NCBI GenBank assembly: GCA_051294905.1
Contig: CM119382.1
Coordinates: 25,854,001 to 25,918,000 of the forward strand
Length of the DNA stretch: 64,000 nt
Origin: Botryllus schlosseri
Taxonomy: Eukaryota
Reading direction: 5' to 3'
Below the pieces are notes generated by a model that did not search any database, was not told the origin of the DNA, and worked only from the letters and a program-made list of their open reading frames with translations. Positions within the stretch are counted from its first letter, which is position 1. Every line of letters begins with the position of its first letter. This document shows positions 1-12,889 of this stretch, in pieces. A program made the position numbers and the translations under genes.

Positions 1-18
1 GGGAGGTTTCTGGTTGGT

Positions 19-545
19 TTGACAGAAGTTACCAATTCTGAAAAGATAATACTTCTCCGTTCCATCCTAAAAATTGACAGTAATTACTGGGAGCATGATA
101 TTGGTGTTTCAAGTTCAACACATTTTGATCATTTCAAACAAGTCATTGAAGGTGTGGCTACTGAAATTACCGGATCAGTTTTATCTCCTGACAGTGAGGA
201 GGTTTCGTATGTTGTTGCAGGGTACATTGGTAAGAAGGTCCTCGCAAAATTGGCTTGTGAAATATGTTCTGAGTTATTTTTTGATGACTTTGATTGCGCA
301 AGTTCACGTTATTTCGATTTACTCGATCGTGGGGGACTGCTTGCTCCCTCAGAACCACTCGCTAAGTTTGTTGCATCCGCTTTTCAATCCTAGATGGTTC
401 TGATAAAATAATCTGCTCTCATCCTCGGGTTGCAGTGAGGGAAGCTGGCGAATATGTTTTGCATCGTTTTGGGAGGGCCTTGCACTTTGCATGTTACGAT
501 CATCGAGATCGAGCTTTGAAATTAGCCAGCAAAATTATTGTGAAC
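19..545 (+). pseudogene. P-element/THAP9-like transposase C-terminal remnant (copy 1)
   Basis: Translation SPDSEEVSYVVAGYIGKKVLAKLACEIC...DRGGLLAPS resembles the P-family transposase C-terminus; stop at 391-393; nearly repeated at about 2430-2900. Confidence 0.65.
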
Positions 546-1050
546 CAGGGCCTACTATATTCACGGCATTATCTGGTACAGAACAACGGCAAGAGCTAAC
601 AGGCCGATGCTCATAAAACAGACATCAGCGATTATGTATACGATTTCGCTTCTCGCTACCAGACACCTTTCCTCAGATAAGTCTAACAGAGCCGTATAAC
701 AGGCGAAAGCCGTACTTTCACGCAAAAGAACACAAAGTGACTAGTGACAGCGTCGCAGATGCAGTTATCCATCAAGTAAGCTAACTATTAAGAATACCCC
801 GACTTGCTCAATGCTCATGCAAAGTATTTTATTGCATGGAAAACAATTAAAGCACGTGAAGAATAAATTGGTAAAAACGAACATGTTGCTTAGTCATATA
901 AGCTTCGATAACTAGTACTGTTCATCAAATGTATCACTGAAGTATGTAAGCTACGTTTTGCTCAACTGCCGTTTTTTAAAATCCTTCACACCGTCTTTTC
1001 TCACAGAAGCATTTACCGGCTTCTGCTTGTTATTGTAATATATGTTCACA

Positions 1051-3411
1051 CGGGGCCTACGATATTTACGGCCTTGTCTGGTACATTACACTTGCAAGAG
1101 CTAACAGGCCGACGCTCACAAAATAGATATTCGCGATTACTCTGTACGTAACAATGGTCGGTTGTTTTGATTGGACGATTACCCTCGACGTGACAATCGG
1201 GGATTTCGCTTCTCATACCAGACTCTTCGCATTCTGAAGCGAGTTCTCGAGTGGAAGGCTGCCAGAGATGTTTTAAGATGTCGTTTTTACCGTCTTGTAC
1301 TATTAGGCAGGCTACAGTAATGAGATTGAACTAGCAGACCCATCACGTTTGAGATGAAGTTTTTAAACTGGTCGCCGCGTTTAAAATGTTATAGAATGAT
1401 GCCGTGATTCGCTAATGCTAGGGACTATATACTGTGACTGTAGTGGCGTCGCTGCTTGGCTGTCGTTTTGACCGGCTTATAACATGATGTAGCATACCGG
1501 TATGCAGTGGTTAAATAGTTCTTTGTGATGCGTATTATGCAACCACAGCACCATCGGTGAATCATTTGTGGTGGTATTTCATGTGGCCTTTCTCTTGCAG
1601 TGAATTTTGACTGATTGTGTAATTGTTACTTGGGGACTCAGGTTTGGCTTAAAACAAAATAATCGTTAATGGTCAGTTAATGCTCCGTTTATGGTTGTAA
1701 GTCTGGATATTTGACAACTGTACAAAAAGTTTCATCGTTTCAATTTCTATTGGATAATTTGGAGCTACAAAAATGAATATATTTTGTGAATATACGTGAT
1801 TGGAAGCCAACGAAGAATTCTGTCCTGCTTCAAATCAAAGTACATCAAAGATTGTGGCGTGCGAAAAAAAACTGCTTTTAAATAGAAAAGCTGTTCCTTC
1901 CATATGATCCGAGCAGGAGCTGCAGCAGCCTTAATTGATCCCGACTGTGAGTCCTTGCAGAAAACCACCAAAGAGAAGGATATTTCAGTAATATCTTCAC
2001 AAAATCAGGGAATATGATGATAAGCTGGATTCGAATTTACGTGAAGCACCAAAATTGACGTATACCTTATTGCTCAATACGAAGCAGAATGTCAATTTTG
2101 CTCTGGCTCCAATCCAGAAGTCAAATATTGCAACTTGCTGAAGTTACTTGCCAAGCAAGGATGATATCGCTTCATTCTTGAGCCTTACCAATGCTTGGTG
2201 GACAATTGTCAATTGGTGACATAGATTTTCAAAAAACCCTTGGCAAAGCAGTGGTTCCACAAGATAACGCTAGTTGGCTTATAAAATGGAGCGGATGTAA
2301 CCCCCAGAAGTATTCCCTGTCAAAGCAAACCTCAGAAGCTCCGATTGAAACCATGCAGTCACAGTTACAGAATATGGCAGACTTGTATGCAGAGGAGTAT
2401 ATATTATTCTAAGAAAATTCCAAAGTGACCCGATTGATCGAAAGTTCTGATGGTATAAAAAATTGGCATAAATTACTGGGAGCATGATATTTCAAACAAG
2501 TAAATTGATGATGTGGCGATTTAAATTACCGGATCAGTTCTATCTCCTGACAGTGAGGAGGTGTTGTATGTTGTTTCTAGGTACATTGGTAAGAAGGTCC
2601 TCAGAAATCGGCTTGACAGATATGTTTCAAGTTATTTTTTGAACAGTCCGGTGGTGCAAGTTCACATTTTTTCAACTTACTCGCTCGTGGAGGACTGCTT
2701 GCTCCCTCAGAACGACTCGCCAAGTTTGTTGCATCCAGTTTTTCAATCCTAGATGGTTCTGACAAAATCATCTGATCTCACCCCCACGTTACAGTGAGGG
2801 AAGCTAGTGAATATGTTTAGCATCATTTTCGTGGGCCTTTGCGTGTCATGATCATCGAGATCGAGCTTTGCAATTGACAATCAAAATTATTGTAAATATG
2901 TGTTACTTTACAATAGGAATCAGATGCTGGTAAATGCTTCTGTGAGAAAAGATGCCGTGAAGGACATAAAAACAATAGTTGAGCAAGACGTAGCTTGCAT
3001 GTGATGCATTTCATTCGCAGTACTTGTGGTCGAAGCTTGTATGTTTGTATGTGCATGTTTGTTTTTGCAAGCAGTTTCTCATATGATATTTGTACCAATT
3101 CTTCTTCACATACTCGAATTGATTTTACCATGCAATAAAAGAGTTCATGAGCAAGTCGGGGTTTTCTCACTACTTAGCCCACTTCTGCGATCGGTGGATA
3201 TCTGCATCTGCGACGACGTCTCTTGTCACTTTCTCGCGGTAAGATAATGATTTGGCCTGTTATACGAATACAATCAGCTTATTTGAGGCGAGGCGTCTGG
3301 TAGCGAGAAGCAAAATCGTGCATAAACGCGAATTTCAGTTCGGCGACCATCGGCCTGTTAGCTCTTGCAAGCGCAATGTGCCAGATGAGGCCGTGAATAT
3401 CGTAGGCCCCG
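1051..3411 (+). mobile_element. Degenerate P-superfamily DNA transposon remnant bounded by inverted terminal-like repeats
   Basis: CGGGGCCTACGATATT at 1051 and its reverse complement ending at 3411; internal fragments (REAPKLTY..KQNVNFALA; SPDSEEVLYVVSRYIGKK) resemble P transposase; no TSD found. Confidence 0.5.
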
Positions 3412-4347
3412 TTCGAGTATACTGTATGTGGATGCTTTTCGACTACATGGAGTTTCATGTGACGAGACCATGACAGGTGGCCTACGACAGCTGTACGGTA
3501 TGTTGAAGCTTCAAGGAGCTGCAAAAGGAAATCTGCTCCGAGAATGGGACGAGAAACGTCCGCGAGGACAAACCGGCACTCGTACGTTTATGTGCCGATG
3601 TGCAGTATTTCCGTTCTGTATCCGTAAGTCTTGATCTCTGAGCCATTTGCTGCTACCAGAATGGGACCGGTATTGCGAGAGAGGCGATCAGAGCGTAGCG
3701 CCGGAAGGATGCTAACTTGGGCTCCTGTGTCTATACCAGGAACCTGCGGGCGGATTTGGCATCGTTAACGATCAAGAGGCAGCTACGAACCCCACCAACC
3801 GCGATCGGCGTCGTCGTTTCCCTGTCGAGTCTTTCTGCGACGCGCGTAGCGTACCAGCGCCGAAGTTTCACTTTTCCAATGAGATACCAACTGGGCAAAC
3901 GCACAAGCACACCCTTATTTGCAGTTTTGAGCCTCCATACCGAAAGTTTTGTGGTAGTGACAGATGAAAACTCCGGTCGCGCTGTCTACTGTAGCAGACC
4001 GCTAGTCCTTTTAATCCAATGTCCCTAGTTGACGCTAGGTATCTTACCACATCATGACAACTAATCAACTATCAGGATTCTACACTAGTATTGCGCAAGC
4101 TGCTTCGTATGCATTGTTACGCCAAACATAGTCCTAGTAACAGAAAAAAGGCAGTACTCTAGCTAAAACTTTACCAACCCGTTCTCATTGGCTAGAGCAT
4201 CACAATCGCATTCATTGTTACGCATTTTTGGGTATAAAAACCCACGTTTTCTCTGTTGCGGCCCTTGAGATCTGAGATTCACCTCAGCGCCTGACGTACT
4301 TTTCTCTGCAATACATCCGACCGAGTGAATTCGTGTGAGTTAAGGAA

Positions 4348-5660
4348 TCAACGCCGAAGACAGTAAGCTACAAGCAAGTCGTTCAGATACCTACTGCTCC
4401 AGCACGACACACCCTTACTGAGTGATATCCAAAACTGTGACAACGGCTCGTCTTTATACTTAGACATCAGGGTGGCATCACAGTGCTTTCTCAATAATGT
4501 TAAGATTTCACTCATTAATATCGGTTGTACAAGATCGGTTGTACAAGGATTACCAATCAAGTAATTTCCCTTCCGCGGGTCTACACTTTCTGGAAAATAT
4601 TTGTCAAAACTGACCTGTAGCTGCTCTAAGTGTTGACATATAATAGCAAATAACTCCTGTGTGTCTACAGAAGCATTTGAAACGGCGTCTTCCATAGAGG
4701 GAAACATATCAATATCATCTTTCTCAACATTGTTCTTCGATAACATCAGTTTGTGTTTCAAGGCATCGGTTTTGTTACGCAGTGTAAATATGTTGGTGTG
4801 ATTACCTTGCGGCGACCTATTCAGGTCATTCATGCGGCTGAAAATTATTGCTAAATACGCTAGCTTTGCGGTACACATCTCATCTGATAAGCGTTCTTTT
4901 AGTGGAGAATTTGCCTCCAATAGAAACTGCTTGACTTTCACTCTCAACTCAAATAGTCGAGTAAGAACACATCCTCTCGAAAGCGATCTTACTTCCGCAT
5001 GAAGTAAACGATGATGATGTTGCGCACCCGGGCTATCGCACAAAGCCTCAAATGCACTTCTCGGCAACGTATATATTTTATAATTCTCACTGCGCCGTTC
5101 AGAACTTCGGTCAATTCAGGAGACATTTTTTGGCACATAAATTTTCCCGGTGAAGAATGCAATCTGTAACGAGTAGATCTGTGTTTGCCACTTTTTAATT
5201 TTCGCAGTTACACCCGAATAGCACCCCGTCATGTTAGCAGCATCGTCAGAGCAAACACCGACACATTTCCCCCAATCTAAACCCGGTTCTTGGACATAAG
5301 TATCAAGATATCGAAATAATTCTGAATTGGTCGTTCGTCCAGTTAGTGTAGGAACAAAGAAATTCGTCAATGATACTGCCTTCATTTTCATATCGAACAA
5401 AGCAAGCAAGTATTGCACAATTACTCAAATCAATGGATTCGTCAAGTTGTACAGCGAAATATTTCGAATTCTTTACTTGCTCAATAACTTGTTGTTCCAC
5501 ATCAACTGCCATATCCAATATTCTCCTTTGAATTGAATCATTTGATAGTGGCATGGCTTTAAGTTTGTTAGCTAGTTCCATACCCAAAACCTCTTTTGCA
5601 GCTGCTAACAGGCATGGATTTATTAAATCTTCTCTTATAGTAAAATGCTTTTACGCTTTG
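4348..5660 (-). pseudogene. hAT (Buster/Charlie, ZBED5/SCAND3-like) transposase, frameshifted
   Basis: Motifs LSNDSIQRRI, FAVQLDESIDLSN, CVGVCSDDAANMTG, LLLHAEVRSLSRG, KLAYLAIIF spread over three reading frames. Confidence 0.9.
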
Positions 5661-6069
5661 ATAATTAGGAGGGGAAGGAGGGGAATTATATAAGATGATC
5701 TGAGAAGACCAAGACCAAAACATCGATGTTAAAGATTTCAATTTATTCGTGTGAAATGTAGTGATTGCCATGTGCTGTGTAGTAATAGGATATCTGACGC
5801 GACGGCCGGAACTATCGTTTCTGCGGCGATTGTGTTTGTCATACTGACTGTCATACTGACTCCCAAGACGGAATTGATAATTACCGCACGTCGCTGTTTT
5901 GTAGTTGTATATATTCATTACTACGTTACGCAGGGTATACTACGAGAATATCGAAATTGATTCCCCTCATTCGAGGCGTTGGCTACTGATGTGAGTCAGT
6001 TGAAAAGCATCAACTAACAGTATGAAGTTATTGTTTCATCAGCTTGCATTTTGCGATTAAGATAAAAAA

Positions 6070-6122
6070 TGTCTCGCGGACCGGCAAGAATGCGGCCGCG
6101 GACCGGCGGTTGAGAACCACTG
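6070..6122. mobile_element. hAT-type terminal inverted repeat (unpaired)
   Basis: Ends GGTTGAGAACCACTG followed by ATCTAGTG (nnnTAnnn target pattern); partner end not found. Confidence 0.6.
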
Positions 6123-6159
6123 ATCTAGTGCACACCCGTTTTTCTACTCCGTGCTATCC

Positions 6160-6290
6160 GTGATTGCTGAGCGCCTAGCAGGATAGCCGCGGATACCAGT
6201 TTTCGAGTCTTTGGTCTGACCCGGCTGGGGATCGAACCCACGACCTACCGATAGAGAAGCCGGACGCATTACTGTCTCGCTCGGTGTTGA
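6160..6290 (-). mobile_element. tRNA-derived SINE fragment
   Basis: Minus strand has B box GGTTCGATCCC followed by GCCGGGTCAGACCAAAGACT...TGGTATCCGCGGCTATCCTGCTAGGCGCTCAGCA core; A box degenerate. Confidence 0.7.
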
Positions 6291-7889
6291 TAGTTTTCTA
6301 AATCAAATGATTCCAGTCAATCATGTATACCTCTTCAGGTCAAATATGGGCTACTACAATAATGAATTGAATTCTGCAGTCAAGGCCAGATTTCCGGTCA
6401 ACAAAGATATGGACACAAGCCCCGAACTACTGCAATCTCCGGCTAAGCAGATTTGCGTCGTCCCGATTGGCAGATGCATTGCGGGTACAGGGTCAAGTGA
6501 TTTAGTACAGTGGCTTATGGAAAAGCGATAAGTGTTTAAATATATTTGTTTCGTATTGGGTCAGTGGTATTTTGTGCGTATAGAGCTTTAAATGATTAAT
6601 TATTCTAACATTCAGGATTTTTTTCAGCCTAATATATCGTGTCCGTATATTGGTATTCTGTGTAATTCGACATGTCGAAGATAATCCGTTCATCAGGTGG
6701 TAGTGGCAGTCTTTGCTGTGCCTATGGGTGCAGTAAAAGGCGGAAGGAGTTATCCTATGAGTCGTGTGCAAGAAGTAATCGTGACGGCAGTAGTGATGAA
6801 GAGTCGATGGCAAAGCGTCGATAGATTCCCCAGAACTTTCCACCGGTAAGCGAATAACAGATTAAGCATAACAGCCAGACATGTCCAGATCAGCCACAAT
6901 TGTAATAAATAGGTCATGGTAAAGTGACAGCAGAACATTTCGTCGCAGCTATATGAAACGACCAGACCAGACTACCAGCAGAAATCCATGTTACCATATC
7001 AGCTATGTAATGTTCATCATCAATATCTGTAATAATCTGTCTGTATTCTGTCCATGATCGAGTACAAGCAGTTCGGCCAATATGAAGGATCCCTTCTGAA
7101 ACGGGGAATTCGTTCACCACTTGCAGGCGCCTTTGCATTTCCTCGATGAAAACACGGCATCTAGGCTACAGCCGCTTCCTTCACAATAAAGCAGTGATGC
7201 TGTAAAGGTTTTTGTGAAGCAGCTGTTGTTTGTTCATCATGCATTTCGTACCTCAACATGTCCTGAATTAATCTTAAATCATCATCTGCGAACCTACCAA
7301 CAATGCACTTTCAGAATCCCCGCCGGTAGCAGAGTCATTGAACACCTAGTCAGCAAGCTGCTGCTGTCGTGATCATTGAAGCATAGGCGATTAGCCAATC
7401 AAGAGCCGTGGTTATGTGATTACTAGTCTTCTCGCCGCTCTATGGTCGGCGGCACGCCCATTCTTCAGCAGCTACTTTCAAAGGCTTTGCCCGAAATCTT
7501 AACGGCTTTCCTGTAAGCTGCTTTCAGGCTCATTGTTTTTTTTATCAATAATCTATAGAACGAGACACAATCACAGGGTATTTTTTAAGATTTTCCAACA
7601 AATTTTGGACAAGCCTAATGGACATTTATTACATATATAGCTCAGTGTATGGACATGGACATTTATTACAACGAGACTGGAAGACTGCGAGCGAGACACT
7701 TCTCCTGGTCTACTGACCAGGACGAGAGATAGTCTTCTTTCGAATATTGGAGCTACAGCTGTAGTCAGTGTCGATTTGCCTGATGTGGGATCTCCTGTCG
7801 TTTCAAGAAATATTGGTTCTAGTGGCGAAGACAATGTTAACAAAGAGGTCGATCCTGACACTTGGCCGGAGGAATTGGATTTAACCGCA

Positions 7890-8600
7890 GATGACCGACA
7901 CACCGTCAGGTGATGGATGGCTGTCCGACAGGCATGTAAATATGTCAATACAATTGATGAAGAAAAAACCTCCGTACATAGGAGGCTTACGGGACGCCAT
8001 CACTGCTTCTGCCACGGGATACTATCGTACAATCGGGTTTCGTTGTACAAATGATAACTTCAGGCACACTGGGTTACGATTCCCAATCGTTTTTTCATCA
8101 TGTGGAATACCATGGTGTATGACTCTATGGTGACACAAAATGATCATAAAATGCTAAAGGATTTGTATCATATGAAACTAAACCGGATGAAGCGGCGCAT
8201 CAGCTTCAGGAGGGTGAACATATTGCCGGTATTGAAATTGCAAAAGTTCAAGAGCGAGGGAATGAATGTGGCCTATTTGCAATTCCTAATGCCGCGAGCT
8301 GCTGCGCAGGCATATGCCGAACAACCATGAATTTTCAGCAACGTTATTCAAGAAATGCTTTTAGTGCAATCGCTGGAAAACGTTGACACTGGTATGTTAT
8401 TCAAAACAGCCACCTGGACAGTGAATGATAGAAATGCAACGTCTTCAACATCTTGTCGCTTTCGAATATATTACACGTACAGGAAAATTGATGATAGTGA
8501 AATGTACGAGATGCAAATACTGGTATCCTTTTCGCTGTGTTTCAGGCAATGTCATCCATTCAAAATGGATATGCGACCTTTGCCTGAAAAAGGTAGTACG
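7890..8600 (+). pseudogene. Ulp1-like cysteine protease plus PHD-finger remnant of a DNA transposon (Ginger-like by inference)
   Basis: WLSDRHVN, HWVT, YDSM and VQERGNECGLFAI motifs in different frames, then MIVKCTRCKYWYPFRCV...WICDLC. Confidence 0.6.
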
Positions 8601-9027
8601 GTCGGTGACGACGCCCTCGCGATACGTGAGGAATACAAAGAAATCCAGACTGTCAGCAGACAGTCGTGTTACCGAACTTTACGAGGCTGCACGAAGGATG
8701 ACACCGACGTTTTCATTGCCAAGTGAATATGCTATTTGCTATTTCGGTGGGGATTCTGTCTTTGGATGAATACTGACAAAATATAGATAGCCACCGTAAA
8801 GGGATTCACTCATCAGTTTCCTATGTTTTCTCACTGTGTTCTCGGAATCTTGCAGCGACACATCTTCTCTACACATTCTTGCATGAATTAGCATATATCA
8901 TTCAGTATGCGGAGAACATTTATGGAAAGTCTCACGGCAGTGGGTTCCAAAAAATTGGCACACGCGTCGTCATCAAGTTGGTGTCTCAAAATATACATCT
9001 TCCAAAAACTTTTACAAACGGCTAGTG

Positions 9028-10160
9028 CAGGGGTGGGCAAACTTTTCAGCTCGCGGGCCGCATTCAACATCTGAATGCATTCGCGGGCCGCACTATATAA
9101 ACTTGGGATTATAAACCAAAACGCAATATTGGTATTTGATTATGTAGTGAGGACATGGAGATAATACATTTGCTTATAACAAACCGAACAATGTTTTGAT
9201 GATATCGTACACGCGTCAGAAACAGTGGCGAGATTTCATAGGCTGGTCGACCTCAATAACCAATTTGTCAAAACTATAGAGATGAAAGTCGGTTGTCCCG
9301 ATTCTTAGAAGAGGACTGAAATTTAAATATGGGAGCAGCGATCTGTTCATAGATTTACTAATTCCAGTTTTGGTTCAGTTCCAGGACACACAATGCTGAC
9401 AGCATCATAACCATGTTAGCTTCAAATACGCTTCTACTGTGTGTAGATAAAATATAAATACCCAATTCTACGCATTCAGAGAACGAATCTACCTAAAACA
9501 CACGAGAATCGTTTTGTATAAGCACATCACTGAAATAATTAAAACTGGAGTGGCCAATCTAAAATCACACTCTTGATCCGAATTATGTCTATCGCGTTTA
9601 GGATTTCTGTGATGTTTAGCAGTTGAAACATTTTAAACTGCGTGGGTCTTGAAATCGGGCTGTCGCGCCAGAAATTAAACATAAAAAATATTATAGGAAG
9701 TAATTACCTTAGAACAGTGGACACGCCCCCCCCCCCTTATATGACGGTGAAAGATTTCGCGCCCCCTTACCGTAATATCACAAAATGCAACGAGGGCGCT
9801 AGCAAACCTAATGGATAGTTTGATGGCGTGAGAAGGTGACGACTGTGGATGAGAGATTTCTAAATATGTAATTCAGACTAATTAGAGATCAATAACTACG
9901 AATTGAATGTAAATCGCGCAGAGCGCGAAAAACTTTTCAGTTGAGCTCAGCTTCGCGCCCCGTTCAGATGCTTTCACGCCCCCAGTTTGAGAACCACTGC
10001 CATAGAATTATCATGATGAAATATACTAAGAAGAAGTTTACTCAAGTCCCTGCATTAATGCGATTTTTAGTGCGCATTTTATCAATATTTTTGATAAGTT
10101 TCTTCAGACTCTGGCGGGCCGCACAGAACGGTGTTACGGGCCGTAGTTTGCCCACCCCTG
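9028..10160 (+). mobile_element. Non-autonomous hAT (Buster-type) element, copy A
   Basis: TIR CAGGGGTGGGCAAACT at both ends; perfect 8-bp TSD GGCTAGTG (9020-9027 and 10161-10168). Confidence 0.95.
9715..9999 (-). mobile_element. Older hAT MITE nested in the 9028-10160 element
   Basis: Ends CAGTGG and GAGAACCACTG; flanks CCTTAGAA / CCATAGAA (7 of 8 match); one TIR internally deleted. Confidence 0.75.
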
Positions 10161-10979
10161 GGCTAGTGGAACTGCACAATGCGCGTGATTTTTCAAACAT
10201 GATTGTCACTTGGCATATCAGATTTCCTAGAAGTCACATTGCTCCTGATTTTATTTTGTGTTTTAATCTGCAATGTTTGAAGTTAAGTGTTACATAACCT
10301 CCAGAGCAGTGGTTCTCAACCTTTTTGGCTTCGCGGACCCCGTCAAGTTTTAGTTCAATTTTAGCTCTATTTTGGTGCAACCTTCATCTGTCTTGTGCAA
10401 ATATGAACTGTAGGCTTGTGATAAACAGCAAAATAATGATTTTTCTTGAAGATAACATCATACTATTTATGTAGAAATTGGTGGACTTTTATTATTTCAA
10501 AGCTAATTTTGCTGCTGTATTTCTTGAAGTACGTGGTCGTGTCTTGAAAATCCGCGTCTTCGTTTTGATATGAACGAGGAGTGCCGAAAACCATTTCAGC
10601 AAAGATAGGTGGAGGCTAATGCAATATTAACACATCCACCTAACGCTTCTGACGATACTTTTGGTGTGATCGCAACATTTATGGCACCAAAATGAAGAAA
10701 CACATATTTTATGAACATATCACGTCCAGCATCTAGCGCAGGGACGGCCAACATACGGACCGCTGGCCGGATTCGGCCCGCGACGGCATTTTGATCGGCC
10801 CGCAGAGAGTTTCTACCGTCAAAGTGAAATCCTAATCTAAAAGTATAGACAAATTTTATGCTCCAGAGAACGGATACAAGTTTTCCAACCAGAGAAAGAC
10901 TGTCATGAAACAACTTGTTCTGTTCTGGTTCACATATATATTTACGAGCAAACATTTTCGACCATGAACAATTGCTCAT

Positions 10980-11280
10980 TAACAAGACAAGGCTGCATGC
11001 CAATATAACTGATGATATGAATTTCAGGGTTGGAGCGTAATGCCTTGATAGCAACGAAACACTCCTTGTTCATCAAAAAATCAGCCTTGTCGATAGGGCA
11101 TCCATAATAAGAATGCACAAAATCTGACAGCCGAGCTTTAAGAGCAGGTATATCATTGTCCGATTTATGACGAGTGTAAGCCGAAAATATTCGGGTTCAT
11201 TTCAATATGAATATACTATTCAATTGTATAATAAAGTTCTGTACCTCCAAGAAGCTGTTCCCTGCATTGGGACAAATTAT
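10980..11280 (-). mobile_element. Old Penelope-like element ORF fragment
   Basis: KARLSDFVHSYYGCPIDKADFLMNKECFVAIKALRSNPEI aligns by eye with KAKLGDLAHAYCGTPVDAGDFLMNKDCLEAIKSLRSNEKI of the PLE at about 31600-31720. Confidence 0.7.
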
Positions 11281-11376
11281 GGAAATACTTCGGAAATTTT
11301 TATTTCAAACGACTGTTCTGACCTTTTGTTTCGTTAAAATTTCTTGAAAAAACTTGCCTCTTAAGTCGGTTGTGTG

Positions 11377-11470
11377 TAGAGCCCGACCGATATTGGATTT
11401 CTGAGCCGATACCGATAAGACCGATATCCAGTACCTCCACCGATAACCCCGATATATTCAGCCGATATTC
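11377..11470 (+). repeat. CCGATA-motif array, probable hAT MITE end
   Basis: TAGAGCCCGACCGATA start followed by several CCGATA motifs. Confidence 0.45.
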
Positions 11471-12525
11471 AAAAGATATGGAATCTAGCTCAAGGCCCAT
11501 ATTTAACACCCCAGAGCATTTCTTTCAACAACTTTACAGCCATTGATATGCTTGAACATGAAATAAATGATCAAGGAACTATAAAAATGTATCAAAAGCA
11601 CCAATCCAGCAGTTGCAGATTACAGTTCACGAAGCACAATTTCTCGGCCCTTCCTCCAAAGAGTGAACTTCTGTGGTCTTCCATAGATGATGTATATAGT
11701 ACTAAACACAGTGAGCAGTCTTTCACTTGGTAGCATAGTTAGTGGCACAGCAGGAAATCTTTCTTCATTTCGGTTCCACCGCTCCCTTGCAGGGGATCTT
11801 TCCTTCAATGGTTTAACCAAATATTGATATTGATATTATCATCATCATATTGTTTAATCGTAGGTTTGCATATTTACAAAAACTATAAAACTATACAATC
11901 GATTGCAACTGCGCAATGCATATTGCACATCTTACGGTTGAAAATCAATATCAGAATGGGGGAAGCACCGGCCACAGCGAGCTCCGAGCTGTTCTGTGGC
12001 CGGCCACAGAATGACATGTGAATTTCACAGCTTTAGGGGAACTTATAGGGATTTTCTGACAGATATCTGGTATATATTGTTTTTTTCAAGTCTATGCAGT
12101 TGCATATGATTAGCTGTGACGAGTGTCAGCCGAATATTTAGGTCTATTTCTATAAATAAAAAGATACAAATCAACACTTACCAGTTACCAGTTTTGATGA
12201 TGTCTTCATCGCTTCTAGCTTTCTATACCATTATTTTCTGTTTCATTTGGCGGATATTCCCCTTTTTAATGCATTCTTTACATCATTTTGTGTGTTTTTA
12301 ATTGATATATAGAGACTATTCCAGATCGTTTCATCTTCTTCCTATCGTTTCATTGTATCGCTATTCGTCCGGTATTTCGGGTGAAAATGCATATAAACTG
12401 AGCTAAATTCTCGCTCTTACCTAGTTCTATTTACTGTACGCCCATAATAGAACATAATTGATCATGCATTTGACCACGATTGGACCACGTACAGTACTTA
12501 TCATTAATACTAACTTGATATATTG

Positions 12526-12765
12526 CAGCCGGCCATGAAATTTGGCTATGGCCGGCCATGAAATTTAGTCATGGCCGGCCATGAGAATGAGTTTGACATG
12601 GCCGGCCACGGAAATTTCATGGCCGGCCATACTGAAATTTCATGGCCGGCCATCAAAATCACCATGGCCGGCCACAGAATAGCACTTTTCATGGCCGGCC
12701 ACGGAATATCTGTGGCCGGCCACGAAATTTTCCGTGGCCAGTAAGTGGCCACGGGAATGCTGAAT
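12526..12765. repeat. Array of palindromic TGGCCGGCCA motifs
   Basis: About nine GGCCGGCC palindromes spaced by roughly 15-25 bp, often with GAAATTT; outlier motifs at about 11966-12006. Confidence 0.85.
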
Positions 12766-12889
12766 GTCCGTCTCAGCATTTGTGCACAACTCCTCAGAAG
12801 TTTCATGGGATTTCAAATTGCCGCATGATTATAGGCTGCACATTCAAATTGCCGTATGATTATAGACTGCACAGAATTCTTCATATAAA

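Noticed and set aside
6215-6290. Functional tRNA gene
   Set aside because: A box degenerate, no convincing cloverleaf, and it continues into a SINE-like body
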